This document shows positions 11,117 to 23,200 of a DNA stretch of 64,000 nucleotides, piece after piece. Under the pieces are notes generated by a model. The model was given only the letters and a program-made list of their open reading frames with translations. It had not been told where the DNA came from and made no database searches. Source of the stretch: Camelus ferus (taxonomy: Eukaryota). The translations under genes and the position numbers were made by a program. Positions within the stretch are counted from its first letter, which is position 1, and each line of letters opens with the position of its first letter. The stretch is from positions 70,620,001-70,684,000 of the forward strand of contig NC_045696.1 in assembly GCF_009834535.1 (NCBI RefSeq), read 5' to 3'.

Positions 11117-12679
11117 CAGTGCCTTTCAAATTTTTTGATTGTCACTCACAGTAAGAAATACATTTCACACAGCATACACAAAAATAAACTTAAAATGCCT
11201 TAAAGACTTAAACATAAGACAAGACACTATAAACCCCCTAGAAGAAAACATAGGCAAAACATTTTCTGCATAAATTTTAGCAATGTTCTCCTAGGGCAGT
11301 CTACCCAGGCAATGGAAATAAAAACAAAAATAAACAAGTGGGACCTAATTAAACTTACAAGCTTTTGCACAGCAAAGGAAGCTATAAGCAAAACAAAAAG
11401 ACAACCTATGGAATAGAAAAAAATATTTGCAGATGATGCAACTGACAAGGGCTTAATTTCCAGAATATATAAACAGCTCATACAGTTTAATAACAACAAC
11501 AACAACAAAAAAAACCCAAAAAAACAATCCAATCCAAAAATGGGCAGAAGACCTAAACAAGCAATTCTCCTATAAAGACATACAAATGGTCAATAGGCAC
11601 ATGAAAAAGATGCTCAATATCGCTAATTATCAGAGAAATGCAAATCAAAACTACAATGAGGTATCACCTCACACCAGTCAGAATGGCTATCATTCAAAAT
11701 TCCACAAACGATAAATACTGGAGAGGATGTGGAGAAAAGGGAACCCTCCTAAACTGTTGGTGAGAATGTAGTTTAGTGCAGCCATTATGGAAAACAGTAC
11801 GGAGATTCCTCAAAAAACTAAAAATAGATTTACCATATGATACAGCAATCCAACTCCTGGGCATATATCCAGAGGAAACTCTAAAAGATACATGCACCCC
11901 AATGTTCATAGCAGCACTATTTACAATAGCCAAGGCATGGAAACAACCTAAATGTCTGTAGACAGATGACTGGAGAAAGAAGTTGTGGTATATTTATACA
12001 ATGGAACACTACTCCACCATAAAAAAATAAATAAATAAAATAATGCCATTTGCAGCAACATGGATGGACCTGGAGAATGTCATTCTAAGCTAAGTAAGCC
12101 AGAAAGAGAAAGAAAAATACCATATGATATCACTCATATGTGGAATCTTAAAAAAAAAAAAGACAAATGAACTTATTTACAAAACAGAAATAGACTCAGA
12201 CAGAATACAAACTTATGGTTACTGGGGGGAAAGGGGGGAGGGAGGGACAAATTGGGAGTTCAAGATTTGCAGATATTAACTACTATATATAAAATAGATA
12301 TACAAGAATTTTCTTCTGTATAGCACAGGGAACTATACTCAATATCACTTGGTAATGAATGTATAATGAAAAAGAATATGAAAACGAATGTATGTATGTG
12401 TATGTATGACTGCAACATGCTGTACACCAGAAATTGACACATTGTAAATTGACTATAATTTTAAAAAGTAAAAAAAAAATACATTTCAGCTATGACCTAT
12501 TTTGTGTGTGTGTGTACGTGTGTCTAGTGTGTATGTGTGTACACCTTGTGACATTAATTGCCTTTAGTATGTGCAATGCAACTTGGCATTTTCTATTCTG
12601 TTCTACTTTTTAGAAAATGCTGCCTAATAAATTGATTTCATAACACTAATGCATAGCAACACATAGTTTGAAAGCACTG
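11117..12679. mobile_element. hAT-Charlie non-autonomous DNA transposon (Charlie4-like), split by an L1
   Basis: Terminal inverted repeats CAGTGCCTTTCAAATT (11117) and AGTTTGAAAGCACTG (ends 12679). Internal cacagtaagaaatacattt motif. Confidence 0.7.
11168..12476 (+). mobile_element. 5'-truncated L1 (ORF2 C-terminal region + 3'UTR + A tail), lineage-specific
   Basis: Classic L1 ORF2 3' sequence (atgcaaatcaaaactacaatgaggtatcacctcacaccagtcagaatggc; translation [21 protein letters not shown]) with stops and frameshifts. Exact TSD AAATACATTTCA at 11156-11167 and 12477-12488. Confidence 0.95.
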
Positions 12680-13199
12680 GTGTACAGTGTTAGAGGTATG
12701 GTGTGATATGAGGCTGGAAAGGTGGGACCAGATTCAGGAGGGCATTGCATGCCAAGGTGGGGGGTCTGCTTTTCTGGTAAGAGCCTTTGGAGATTCTTAA
12801 GCAGAGGAGTGGCATAATTGTAGCTGTGCTTTAGAATCCTGGAGACCTGCTGTCAGTTCTGAAAACCACAATTTTAAAGGAAACCTATTGAACAGGAGCC
12901 TGTCTGTGGCAGGGTAAGCAGGCTGGTGAGATCAGAAACCCTATTTGACAGAGAACAGTTGAAAGCGTTGGGCAGAAAGGAAACTGACAGAAGTAGGAGC
13001 AGTGGGTTATGGAGGTGGGATGTGGGGAAGGTTGCTAACTGACTTTTTGAAATATCTGTAGACTTATTCTTTGTAACTCTAGAAAGTACACCTGGGACCT
13101 GTGGATAGATGTTGTAGTGAAGCAATTTCAACTCACAATAAGGAGTGTTTTAGCATAGTCCAAGCTGACCTGCTATCCTTTACAGGGCTCTTTACATTA

Positions 13200-13960
13200 A
13201 TTAAAAAACAAAACTTCTGTATAATTATTGAAAACTTGAAAAAGAATCAGGAAATATAAAAAGTATAGCACTCGCGCTCCAGGGAAAAAAAAAAAAAACA
13301 TGGTTTTGGCTTATTTTCATTGGGTCTTTTACTTTGCATATGTATACTTTTTACATAGTAGACCTATGTAGGATTTGACACAACATTGTAAAATGACTAT
13401 AACTCTATAAAAAAAAGTAAAAAAAAAAAAAGAATATATAGTTCTGTACCTGCTTTTTTCCTCAGTGTTGTGCCTTGAACACTAAACAAGGTGCTATTAA
13501 AATTGTTCACAAATATTATTTGTAATGGCTACATAATTGTTGATAATGTAGTTTATTTCATAACTTTTGGGTATTTAGGGGAGATTTCCTATTTTTCACT
13601 GTTAACAAGGACATTGCCATGAATATCCTTATACAGAAAACTTTGCCCACATTTTAAAATTATTTCCTTAGGATAAAAACCTGTAAGTGAAATTACTGAT
13701 TCAAAAGCTTTGAAAGCTCTTAAATCTGTGAATACCTACTGCCAAATTGCTTTCTAGAAAGGTCAGGCCGCTTTTCATTCTCACCAGAGTGCTCAAGGGT
13801 ACCCATCACACATACCCACCAGCATTTACTTTATCTTTTTAAAAAGCTTTGCCAGTTTGATAGAGGAAGTGGCTCTAATTTGAATTTGAATTTGAATTGG
13901 ATTACTATTTGGGTGGAATATCTTTATAAATTTATCAACCCTTTATAGTTATTCTGGGAA
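13200..13960 (-). mobile_element. Old L1M-type fragment containing a short young L1 tail (~13370-13431, + strand)
   Basis: Reverse L1M text (ttatttccttaggataaaaacctgtaagtgaaattactg...tactgccaaattgctttctagaaagg). The insert gatttgacacaacattgtaaaatgactataactc + A tail matches the 3' end of the L1 at 28450-28493. Confidence 0.65.
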
Positions 13961-15309
13961 TGCAATTTCTCTGCCTCTGTTTGGATTTGTGATTGGCAAA
14001 TAGCACTAAGTGAATTGTTGCAGGCGTATGAGGAAAAAAAACAGAGAAGGATTTAAAAAATAAATGATGTGGTCACACCAAGTTATAGCCAGATTATATT
14101 GTGGTGTACTGTACAAACAAAGGTTAGTGGGAGAATTGAGTCATCACGAGGTATGTGGTTAAATAGGTCTGTGCGATTGCAGTCATTAAAATATTCATGT
14201 TGCGAGGGGCACTTTGGTTTCAGCAAAATACCATTCCTTATATTAAATCAACACTGTAAATTTTAATTTCCTCATTTGGTAGTTTTGTTTTTAACTTATA
14301 GATTTGTTTTTGTTTTATAGCTGCATAAAATCTATAAAAATGAATCTTTTCCTAAGTTTTTTATGTTTACATATATATACATCATAAAAAATATCTTCTA
14401 TGCAACATCATAAAAAAATAATTTAAGCCAGATCTAGAGATCCATGAGATTCTTTTCCACTTACAAGTAATCTGAACATTATTTAAGTTTGAGAAGCACT
14501 GGTAGGAGGTTTCTTAAAATTTCAGCTGTAATTATGTAAACATGGGCATTGAGATTTTTTTAAAAAAGAAAAAGGTTAAATTGATGTTAACTTACATATT
14601 GGACTTTTTCTATACGGAATATTGTTATGATATTCTTGCCTTTGGGAAGAGTATCAAAAGCTGTACTATGTTTAGGGTTCAGAGAGTTATGTTTTGGCTT
14701 AAAATGTACCATCCATCAAAGTTAACTTCATACAGGTCATTAAGACCTAGACAGAGGAATATTTGGATTTATTAAACTTGTCTTTTTAAATAAGACAAAG
14801 CAATTGAGCAGATAGCAATTAGAATGGAACTTCTGTGAAGTGGTCTTAGGAGAAATTAAACCCATGAGAAAAAAGCCCCACAGGCAATGCAGGAGCCTTG
14901 GGGAATGGGAATCAGTGAGGGGGCTGCTCTGATGGCCAGGAGCTAGAAGGGGAGCGTCATCCCAGGGCTGCGGCATTTGGATGATGTCTGGATACCCAGC
15001 CCTGCTCCTCCAGCTCTCCCCAACGCAGGCAGGATGGAGAGCACGGTCCAGACATGGCTATTAACATTGCATCCAGAGCAAGCCACATCTATCCTGAAAG
15101 AAAAAAATGTCTGGGACCTGGGAACAAGGGGCAGAGACTAGGAGATGGGTAGCTGTGCCACCTTTGTCTTTGCTCACGAGAACAAAATTAATTGGCCTCT
15201 TTTCCTTTTTTAAAAAGAAACCTGGTGTACAGGGTTCTTAATGGAGTCAAAACATCAAAGTGGGCTGGGGAGAAGTGAAATTGGTTATCTGTAAGTTACT
15301 CAAGTTATT

Positions 15310-15970
15310 CCAGATGTCATTCTTAGGTTCCCTCTGCCAGGAATGCTCTTCCCCCAGAAGAACCACATGGCTCATTCTCTCACCATCTTTGGGACTTTGT
15401 TCAAATGCCACTGTGTTAGGGCAATAGATGCAAACAGATGGGGGTGGAGTACTCTCCTCCATCCAGGACTCAGGGACCCAGGTTCTTTCCATCTGGTGAC
15501 ACTCTCAGTTGAACACATGGCCTCTAAGTTCTCTGAAGCAGGAGGATGGAAAAGGCCCATTAGCTCTGCACTGCCTTGGCCTGAAAATGACATGTACCCC
15601 TTCTGCTCCCAGTCCACTGGCCAGCACCAGCCACCTGGCCCTACTTTACTGCCACGGAGGCCAGGAAGTGGAGGGGAGCGCTCAGGATACTTGGGGAGCA
15701 CATCTGACTCTCCCACGCGCCACCGCTCCTTCCTCCAGCACTCCCTCATCACCCTTCCAGACTTAATTTTTCTCCATAGTACTTATCACCCTCCAAAATG
15801 CTATATATTTTACTCATTTATCTGTTAAGTTTCTGTCTTCTCCACTAGTACATAAGCACCGTGAGAGTGGAGATTTTCATATGCTTCATTTATGGTTTTA
15901 TCCTCAACATCTAGACCAGCACTTGGCATATGGTAAGAGCTTCATACTTTTTTATTAATTAAATGAATGG
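15310..15970 (+). mobile_element. L2 (L2a-like) 3' region interrupted by an MLT1J-like LTR (~15412-15718, minus)
   Basis: L2 text ccctctgccaggaatgctcttccccc...ttcaaatgccac, then LTR text (cagggacccaggttctttccatc; tccactggccagcaccagccacctggccc), then L2 3' end ccactagtacataagcaccgtgagagtggagatttt...ttggcatatggtaag...aatgaatgg. Confidence 0.7.
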
Positions 15971-16979
15971 ATTCTGCAATGACGGTCTATATTTGTGTGT
16001 GGAGAGGGTATCACATACACTGACCTGAGGATGCTTCTCAAGGAATACAGAACCCCCCTTACACAGACACAAGCATACACTGAGTGCCTACTATGTGTCA
16101 GGCACCATGCTTAGTGCCAGGAATACAGATATGAGAAATACTCCCTGATCCCTAGCCAGGAAGAAACAATAAAAGAAATGCAATGTTTATTAAGACTCAT
16201 AATGGAAATAAAATATGGGAGTTCAAAAGACAAAATTCCTCTGACCTTTAGTGAGAATCAGATTTTATATCCAAATATTACGAGAATAGCAATGAAAAAA
16301 AGAACGGTGATGGATAAAGGGTAAAGGACTCAGGAATCATAAATTGCTTCCCAAAGTCATGAAAGAAATAAGATCTATATTCTCTACCACGTTGTATCCT
16401 TGGCAACAGGTTGCCTTTCACTTTTCATTCACCCATTCATTCTAGTGCCTTCCCACATCCTCTTTCCCTTCAGCCTTAGAGTACAGAGCAGCCACGTGCA
16501 CTTAGACGAGAGAAATCTGAAAGATCTCTCTATTTAAAAACAAGTCTCCTTCTGATAATTTCACAATTCCAGAAATGCCATCATTTGAAGTCTACTTATT
16601 TTGTCTTCCAGCCCCGCCCCCGCCACGCCTCCTATACTCCAGTGAGCAAATGAGCACACGTCTATCAGCCTTTTGAAGGGAGAAGTGGCATCACCGGAGC
16701 CCTGTTGGAACTAAGTAGCAAAAAGAAGGTGGAGAGGAAGGTCCAGGGCTGGGATCTGGCCTGTAAAGCAGACCCTAGGCAGGCACTGAAGAGGACTGGG
16801 CATTAGACAAGGGAAAGGGCAAGGAAAGAGCAGAAAAGATGCAGAAACAACAAAGGCGTCAAATGCCAGTTTGACCTATTTCACCATTTTGCCTGAGGAT
16901 AGCCTTGCTTACGCAAAAGGACACATACGTCTTTAACACACAAAAGGAAGGAAGAGTTGGACTCAGCTGAGAATGAAAG

Positions 16980-17970
16980 AAAATTCAAAGTAATAGTAAT
17001 GTTCCACTGTGTCAGGCCCCAGACTCCTATTTCATTGCTCCTTCCTGTAGGGCCTCAGTTCCCAAGTCTACCTCATGGTCCGAATCATCTGCTCCAACCA
17101 TCACATCCACTTCCAATGGGCAAGGAAGAGAAAAGGAGGGGAGAAGGTATATAAGTTATATATTGTATGACCACCTCCAAAATTAGAGTCCTAAAACAGT
17201 GACCTGTATTATCTAACAGTTTCAGGAATTCAGGCATGGCTTAGCCAGGTCCTTTGGCTCAAGCTCTGTCACAAGTCCGCCACCAAGATGTTGGCTCAGG
17301 CTGTGACATCTCAAGACTCAAATTGGGAAGGCTCTGCTTCCAAAATTACTCACATGATTATTGGCAGGATTCACTTCCCTGCAGGCCTTTGGACCGAGGG
17401 CCTCAGTTCTTTGTCATGTGGGCTTCTCCATAAGGCTACTCACAACATGGCAGCTTGCTTCATCCCAGCAGGCAAGCCAGAAGAGCCTCAAGAATGTGAG
17501 CAAGGGAGGGGAGGGTATAGCTCAGTGGTAGAGCACCTGCCTAGTATGTACAAAGTCCTGGGTTCAATCCCTAGTACCTCCATATAAATAAATAAACAAA
17601 CAAACCTAATTACCCACCCTCCACCCCAAAAAAAGAATGTGAGCAAGATGGAAGTAACAGTCTCTTGTAAGGTGATCTTGGAAGTGGCTTCCCATCATCT
17701 CTTGCTACATTCTAACTGTTAGAAGCAGGAGCTCCAGTCCACACTCCAGGGGAGGGGATTACACAAGACTATGACTTCCAGGACATGGGGTCCCTGGGAG
17801 CCGTTTTAGAAGCTGTCAGCAAAGAAGGTTATGCCCACTCCCCTCAAAGACTCTTTCCTGAAATTGTCTACACCAGCCCTGCCCACATCTAGCTGCAAAG
17901 GAGGCTGGGAAATGTAGTCTCCATTCAGGCTGACTATCAGCCCAGCTAAAAATTAGGGACTCAATTCTGA
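16980..17970 (-). mobile_element. MLT1J-like LTR (outer) interrupted by an MLT1E/F-like LTR (~17150-17820)
   Basis: Outer: ctcatggtcc...ctccaaccatcacatccacttcc and ctagctgcaaaggaggctgggaaatgtagtct. Inner: caggaattcaggcatggcttagc...cacaacatggcagcttgcttc...ggaggggattacacaag. Confidence 0.65.
17505..17632 (+). mobile_element. tRNA-derived SINE (Vic-1-like, camelid type)
   Basis: GGGGAGGGTATAGCTCAGTGGTAGAGC (A box) ... GGTTCAATCC (B box) ... AAATAAA/CCTAATTACC tail. Perfect 15-bp TSD AAGAATGTGAGCAAG at 17490-17504 and 17633-17647. Confidence 0.92.
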
Positions 17971-18011
17971 AGAGGAATTACAGGATTCTGAAGAGGAATT
18001 ACAGGATTCTG
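17964..18011. repeat. 21-bp tandem duplication (x2.3)
   Basis: ATTCTGAAGAGGAATTACAGG twice, then ATTCTG. Confidence 0.9.
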
Positions 18012-18069
18012 CAGAGTAGAAGATGTGGTTGTTCTGTGTGCCAGCCCCAGGCATAGAGGAGGAATATGG

Positions 18070-18420
18070 CTGTGTAGAGGTATAGAATCTGAGTTCAAAT
18101 CCAGCCTCTCCTAGACCCTATGCTGAGTGAATTATTTAGCCTGAGTCTCAGTGATATATTCAGACTTAATTAAATGACCTGTGTGAAGCATCTTGAACTT
18201 GGTAGGTTCTCAATAATACCCACTAAATCTGTTTCAGAGGTAGTTTAACATCCTGGAAACTTTTAAACCAGGCTCTGACACCCAACCAGCTTGCTGTGTG
18301 ACTCCATGCCAATTATCTAACCTCTCTGGGGACCAGTTTCCTGTAGGTTAAAGTGAGTACAAACACTTGCCCTACCCATCTTATCAGGTTGCTATAAAGA
18401 TAACATGTGTGAATGTATCC
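18070..18420 (+). mobile_element. Two adjacent MIR fragments
   Basis: tctgagttcaaatccagcctc...cctgagtctcagt, and cttgctgtgtgactccatgccaattatctaacctctctgggg..cagtttcc. Confidence 0.6.
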
Positions 18421-18471
18421 GTGCTATTGTTTTTTAATTCGAAATACCATGCAAACTTACTGTGGCATTAG

Positions 18472-18536
18472 TGACCACCAGGTGGCAGTGGGAGAGATGG
18501 GCTTGGGTTATGGCCCATGGCCACCAGATGGTGCTG
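18472..18536 (+). promoter_or_regulatory. Tandem pair of candidate CTCF sites
   Basis: TGACCACCAGGTGGCAGTG (18472-18490) and TGGCCACCAGATGGTGCTG (18518-18536), same orientation. Confidence 0.65.
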
Positions 18537-18894
18537 GCATTCAGCAGATAATACCCTGGCTTTGCAGGGAGTCTGCAAGAGAGCCAAAGGGCTCTTGGAG
18601 ATGGCCAGTGCAACCCCTCATCCTACAGATGAGAGAAATTCAACCAGGGTAGGGTGTGTGGAGGATGTCACATAGCAGTGAGGGCTGGAGCTCTGCTTTT
18701 TCAACTCTCAGCCCAGCTTTCCTGATTCTAGTCTTACCAAGGATAAGGATGGCTTTTATCCCTACACAGAATGATATTCTCATATTCTGTCTAGACTTGC
18801 ACTGGAGACCAAAGATGTCCACTGTCTTCTTGTTCATAGATTTGTCAAATTTTAAAAGCCTGGAAAATGTCTACAAAGATCATCTGTCTCTCTG

Positions 18895-19040
18895 GCTGTG
18901 TAGCACAGTGGTTAAGAACATGATTTTAGAGTCAGACAGACCTCAGTTTATATCTGTATAGCAGGCTACTCATTGCAAAGTTAGGATAATAATTTCTACC
19001 TGATAGGGTTGGTGTGAAGTTGAATGAGATAAAGTATATG
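18895..19040 (+). mobile_element. MIR SINE
   Basis: gtagcacagtggttaagaacatgattttagagtcagacagacct...tacctgatagggttggtgtgaagttgaatgagataa. Confidence 0.75.
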
Positions 19041-19059
19041 AAAATAAGAGGTAACGTTA

Positions 19060-19196
19060 GAGGGGAGGGTATAGCTCAGTGGTAGAGTGCATGCCTAGCA
19101 TGCACAAGGTCCTGGGTTCAATCCCAGTACCTTCATTAATAAGTAAATAAATAAAAATTTAATTACCTCCCTCCCCAAAAAATAAATTAAAATTTT
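19060..19196 (+). mobile_element. tRNA-derived SINE (Vic-1-like)
   Basis: ggggagggtatagctcagtggtagagtgcatgcctagcatgcacaaggtcctgggttcaatccc. TSD AAAATAAGAGGTAAC[G/A]TTA at 19041-19059 and 19197-19215. Confidence 0.92.
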
Positions 19197-19215
19197 AAAA
19201 TAAGAGGTAACATTA

Positions 19216-19420
19216 ATTGGTACATATTCATGTAATCAGTTTACATGTTTTTAATTCATTTGATTCTTGCCATAACCTTATAAGGTATCTACTATTATTG
19301 AGTTCATTTCACAGAGGAAGAAGCTAAAGCATAGAGAGGTTGTAACTTGCCCACACTCATAGCTGTAGGTGGAGGAGTCTGGATTTAAACCTGCCTTCAG
19401 AGCCCAGGCCCTTAACCATA
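19216..19420 (-). mobile_element. MIR SINE
   Basis: cattt.cacagaggaagaagctaaagcatagagaggttgtaacttgccca...ggatttaaacctg...cttaaccat. Confidence 0.7.
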
Positions 19421-19659
19421 CTTATTACTAATAGTTTGGCAGAGAGTAAATGCCCAATAAATGACAGGTATGGATCCACAGGGGCCAAACTCAAGATTCC
19501 AGCTTGAGAGACAAGGGTTTGGAATGAACGATATAACCACAATACACCTACACTTTCAGAGTAATGAGATAAACACATGGTTGGAAGAAAAAATGTTAAG
19601 TATCCAAGTTAATAAAATAAAGGTAACTAACAAATTTTTTAAAAAGATAACTAAAACAC

Positions 19660-19840
19660 AGCAGCTGGGCTTTAGAGACAGAGAAAACAGTATTTGACTT
19701 CCGATCCTGCCTCCTGCTGGACCTTGGGCAAGTTGTTTAACATCTTGGAGCATTAGTTTCCTCATCTGAAAATGGAAGCTAATAGTCTACCTGGCAGAAT
19801 TCTTGTGTTAAAAGCCAATGTGATTAAAATGCACATTTAG
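19660..19840 (+). mobile_element. MIR SINE
   Basis: gaccttgggcaagttgtttaacatcttggagcattagtttcctcatctgaaaatgg. Confidence 0.75.
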
Positions 19841-20264
19841 AAAATGTACACAGTAGGGCAGACATTTGACTATTATAATTTTTATAATTCCACAAATATA
19901 GATTTATCTGGTTGAAAGAGATTTAACATGTTAAGATATTGCTCCTTCCCTCAAGGAATTTACATAGGGGAGGTGACAGATGTACCTACCACTTGGTAGG
20001 AGGTGTCTTAGAAGACTCAAAGTGTGCAGTAGGCATTAGAGGAAGGCAAGATACTTTTCTAGCAGTGACAATTGGAGAACGTATCATGGATATGATATTT
20101 AAGATTAGCCCTGAAGGAAGCAAAGAAAGTGAGGAAAACATTCCATAAACTTTATTAGCAAAGGTGAAGGGGCCAGAAAGAGCCTGTTTGTTTGGGGAAT
20201 AGTAAGCAGTCCAGACTGGAAGTGTGAGTCAGGCTTAAGAGTGTGGCAGCAGAACAGGAAGGGA

Positions 20265-23200
20265 ATTTCTGGTTAGATTTGGCACAGTAAACATATGTAT
20301 TTGACTCTGTTCCTAAAATAATAGTAAAGTAATAAAATGTAAACCCACAAGGACTCTAAGAACAAGAAAAGAGACAATAGCTGATGGAAGACCTCAAAAA
20401 AAATTTTTTTGGAAGATGAAAAGTAGTTGGATGAGTATTAACTGACTTAGTAAAGACAAGAAAGCTGCCTGCAGAACAGGCAGTGGGTGGAGAAGCTTTC
20501 AAGAAGGAAGCCAATTTGATATGAAAAACAAACCCAGAAAAGTTTAGGAAAAAAGAGGTACCCGGTTACTCTGAAACTAGTGAGATGGAGTTGGGCTGAA
20601 AACACAAGGAAGGGTGGAAAGTCTGATTCCTCTCTCCCAGCCCTTGTAGCCAGATGGCTCTTCCACCCCACCCAGCAAAGCTGACTGTCTGGAGAGATCA
20701 AAGGAGAGACTCTGAACTTGGGGAACACACCAGGCAAAGCAGATTAAGAGGTAAGGCACCATATTGAAAACGGGAATTAAGTGAAAGTCTCTACCCTGAA
20801 CAGTGTGATCACCCACCTCTTCCCTTGTTGGGCTCCCAGGATGCTGGAATCCTGGCCTACACTCTAGAGGAAAGAGGTCAGGGAAGTATCTGCTGGTAAA
20901 CCGAGGGTGGTCCACCACAACCAGCCCTGCTCACACACAAGAGATTTCAGTGAGCTCAGGAGAAACAGCCAATTCAAGGAGAAGAAAAAAAAAATTGAGC
21001 ATCATTATTCATATCCTCAGAGGGAAAGGAAACCATTAAACTCATGAAACAAGATTAGCGCTATAGAACAAAAACTTTCAGAGTTAAGAAATGGCTTTTG
21101 GAAATAAAGACAGTTAAATTTTTTAAAATTGTATAGGTTTAGAAGAAAAAAATTTAGGAAATCTCCCAAAAGTAAAACAATTTACAGATAAAAAATAATA
21201 ATAAGAGAAAAAAGACAGGAACACTAAAAGATTACTCCAGAAGGCTCAACACTAGAGCAGGGGTTCCTGAAAGAGGACACTGAGAAAAGTTTGGAGAATG
21301 ATTGCCAAAGAAATCATTTTAAAAATTTCCAGGATGGTATAAAAAATTCTATTGAGGCACAGCATTGCCTCATACAGTAGTATCTCAGACATCAGAAATA
21401 AAAAGCAGATCCTTAAAGCTTCTAGAGAGAAACAATGGGCCACATATAAAGGACTGGGGTTCACTGTGTATCAGACTTCCCCAAAACAATGCTGAATGGG
21501 CAGGAGAGATCTTATTGGGGTGATGAAAATGTTCTAAAGCTGGTTTGTGGTGATGGTTGTACATCTTGGTAAATGTAGTAAAAAGCATTAAATTGTACAC
21601 TTGAAATGCATGAATTTTGTAAACCCAATAATATACCTCAATAATGTACCTCAAAAAATTCATAAAATAAAAAACTGTGGAATTAATATATGAAGCATTT
21701 CAAAAACAAAAATGTTTAAGCACATTACAAAACGGCTAATAAAAATCCATGTATGAATAATACACATATCATTCAAATAAATTACTATAGAAAGTAAAAC
21801 AAACACAAATAAAAGCACTGCTGAATGGAAGTGAGAAGTCCATGGGGCAATTTCTTTCAACTTCTGAAAGAGAATTATTTAACATCTAGAATCCTTCAGC
21901 CAATTAAACTGTTAATAAAACATGAACAAAGTTATTTGCAGATGTGCCAGGTTTCAAAAAATTTCTCTCTAATATACTCATTCTCATAAAGGTACTAAAG
22001 GATGAAATGAGGACAAAACCAAGAAGACATGGGACCCAGGAAAAGGGAAGACTCTAATACAGAAGAAAGACTAAAGAATTTTCTAGAAAAATGATGAAGG
22101 AAGCCCCAGGATGACAGTGGTGCAGCAAACCAGGGGAACAGCCAAACCAGACTAGAGCAGGAAAACCTCAGGCTTCAGGAGTGAAGATTTCAAGAAAATA
22201 ATGGACCATATGTATAGTTAACCTGATTTATTTAGTATACAGAGAGTGTTCTAGCCTATAAGAGAGTCTGGGGATGAATTACTGATAAGCACATAGGAAA
22301 CTAAGCTCAGGGAAAAAGAGAAGCTATTATTAACTTCAGGGGGGAAATGCTATTTTAAATAAGAAATGTATTTTACATAGTTTATTATGCCAGTCAGTTA
22401 TGAGCAATATTTACATAGTCATAATAATGTAAATGCTGAATGTTGGTTTAACTAAAAACCATGCTTCAACAATATTGAGAGAATCTGGGGGTTGTATGTG
22501 TGTGTGTTCAGGGAAAGGGCCTGTAAGAAAGATACATCCTCATCTTCCTATAGGAGCTGTCTTAGTTTGCATTTCCTCAGAGGCAGACCCTGAAACAAGG
22601 ATTTGCCAGCAAGTAGTTTATTTGGGAAGTGCAAGGAACATGCTTAGAAAAGTGGGAAGGTGACATAGGGAAGGGAAAACAACCAATAAAGAATGTGTGA
22701 TTAAGTCAGATACCACTGTGAGTGACTGGAACTTACTTCCAATAAGAAAACTCCAGGAAATGGGGCAAAATTCAGTCTCAGAATTATTCCACCTGACAGA
22801 GAGGGAGGTGAGGTATTTATGTACCAACTCTTGACCAAGGTTAGTTGAAGACCGCTGGAGGGGGGATGGCATATTCATTTCCTGGAATGTCAGCTTGCTG
22901 CATCTGAGGGCAGAGCCCCAAAGCTGTCAGGTACAGAGATGCAGACCCTGGAGATTGGAAACGAGGAAGAATGCTTCATGGGATGGTCTAAGGGACACAG
23001 GTAGGACACCAATGGTATCTGAGATAGAAGTCAGTAGAGAATGTTTGAAATAGAAAAATCTGAAATTACGATGTACACATTTACTTCCATTAGAAAAATG
23101 AGGTAAACACCTGAAGAAATAGCCAAAAAAATGTTGAAAGCAATTACCTGTGGTAAGTAGAAATCAGAGGTGGGGAGAAACGAAGCAGAGAGCAGCTTGG

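Larger units (their letters stand above)
10750..12840 (-). mobile_element. L2 LINE fragment interrupted by a Charlie element and an L1 (L2 parts ~10750-11116 and ~12680-12840)
   Basis: Begins catttattgagcatc (reverse of the L2 tail). L2-type text resumes after 12680 (gaggctggaaaggtgggaccagattcaggagggcattgcatgccaagg...ttaagcagaggagtggcat). Confidence 0.7.

Noticed and set aside
17505..17580. tRNA gene calls for the TAGCTCAGTGGTAGAGC...GGTTCAATCC sequences
   Set aside because: Multiple diverged copies with A-rich tails and TSDs: these are SINEs, not tRNA genes.
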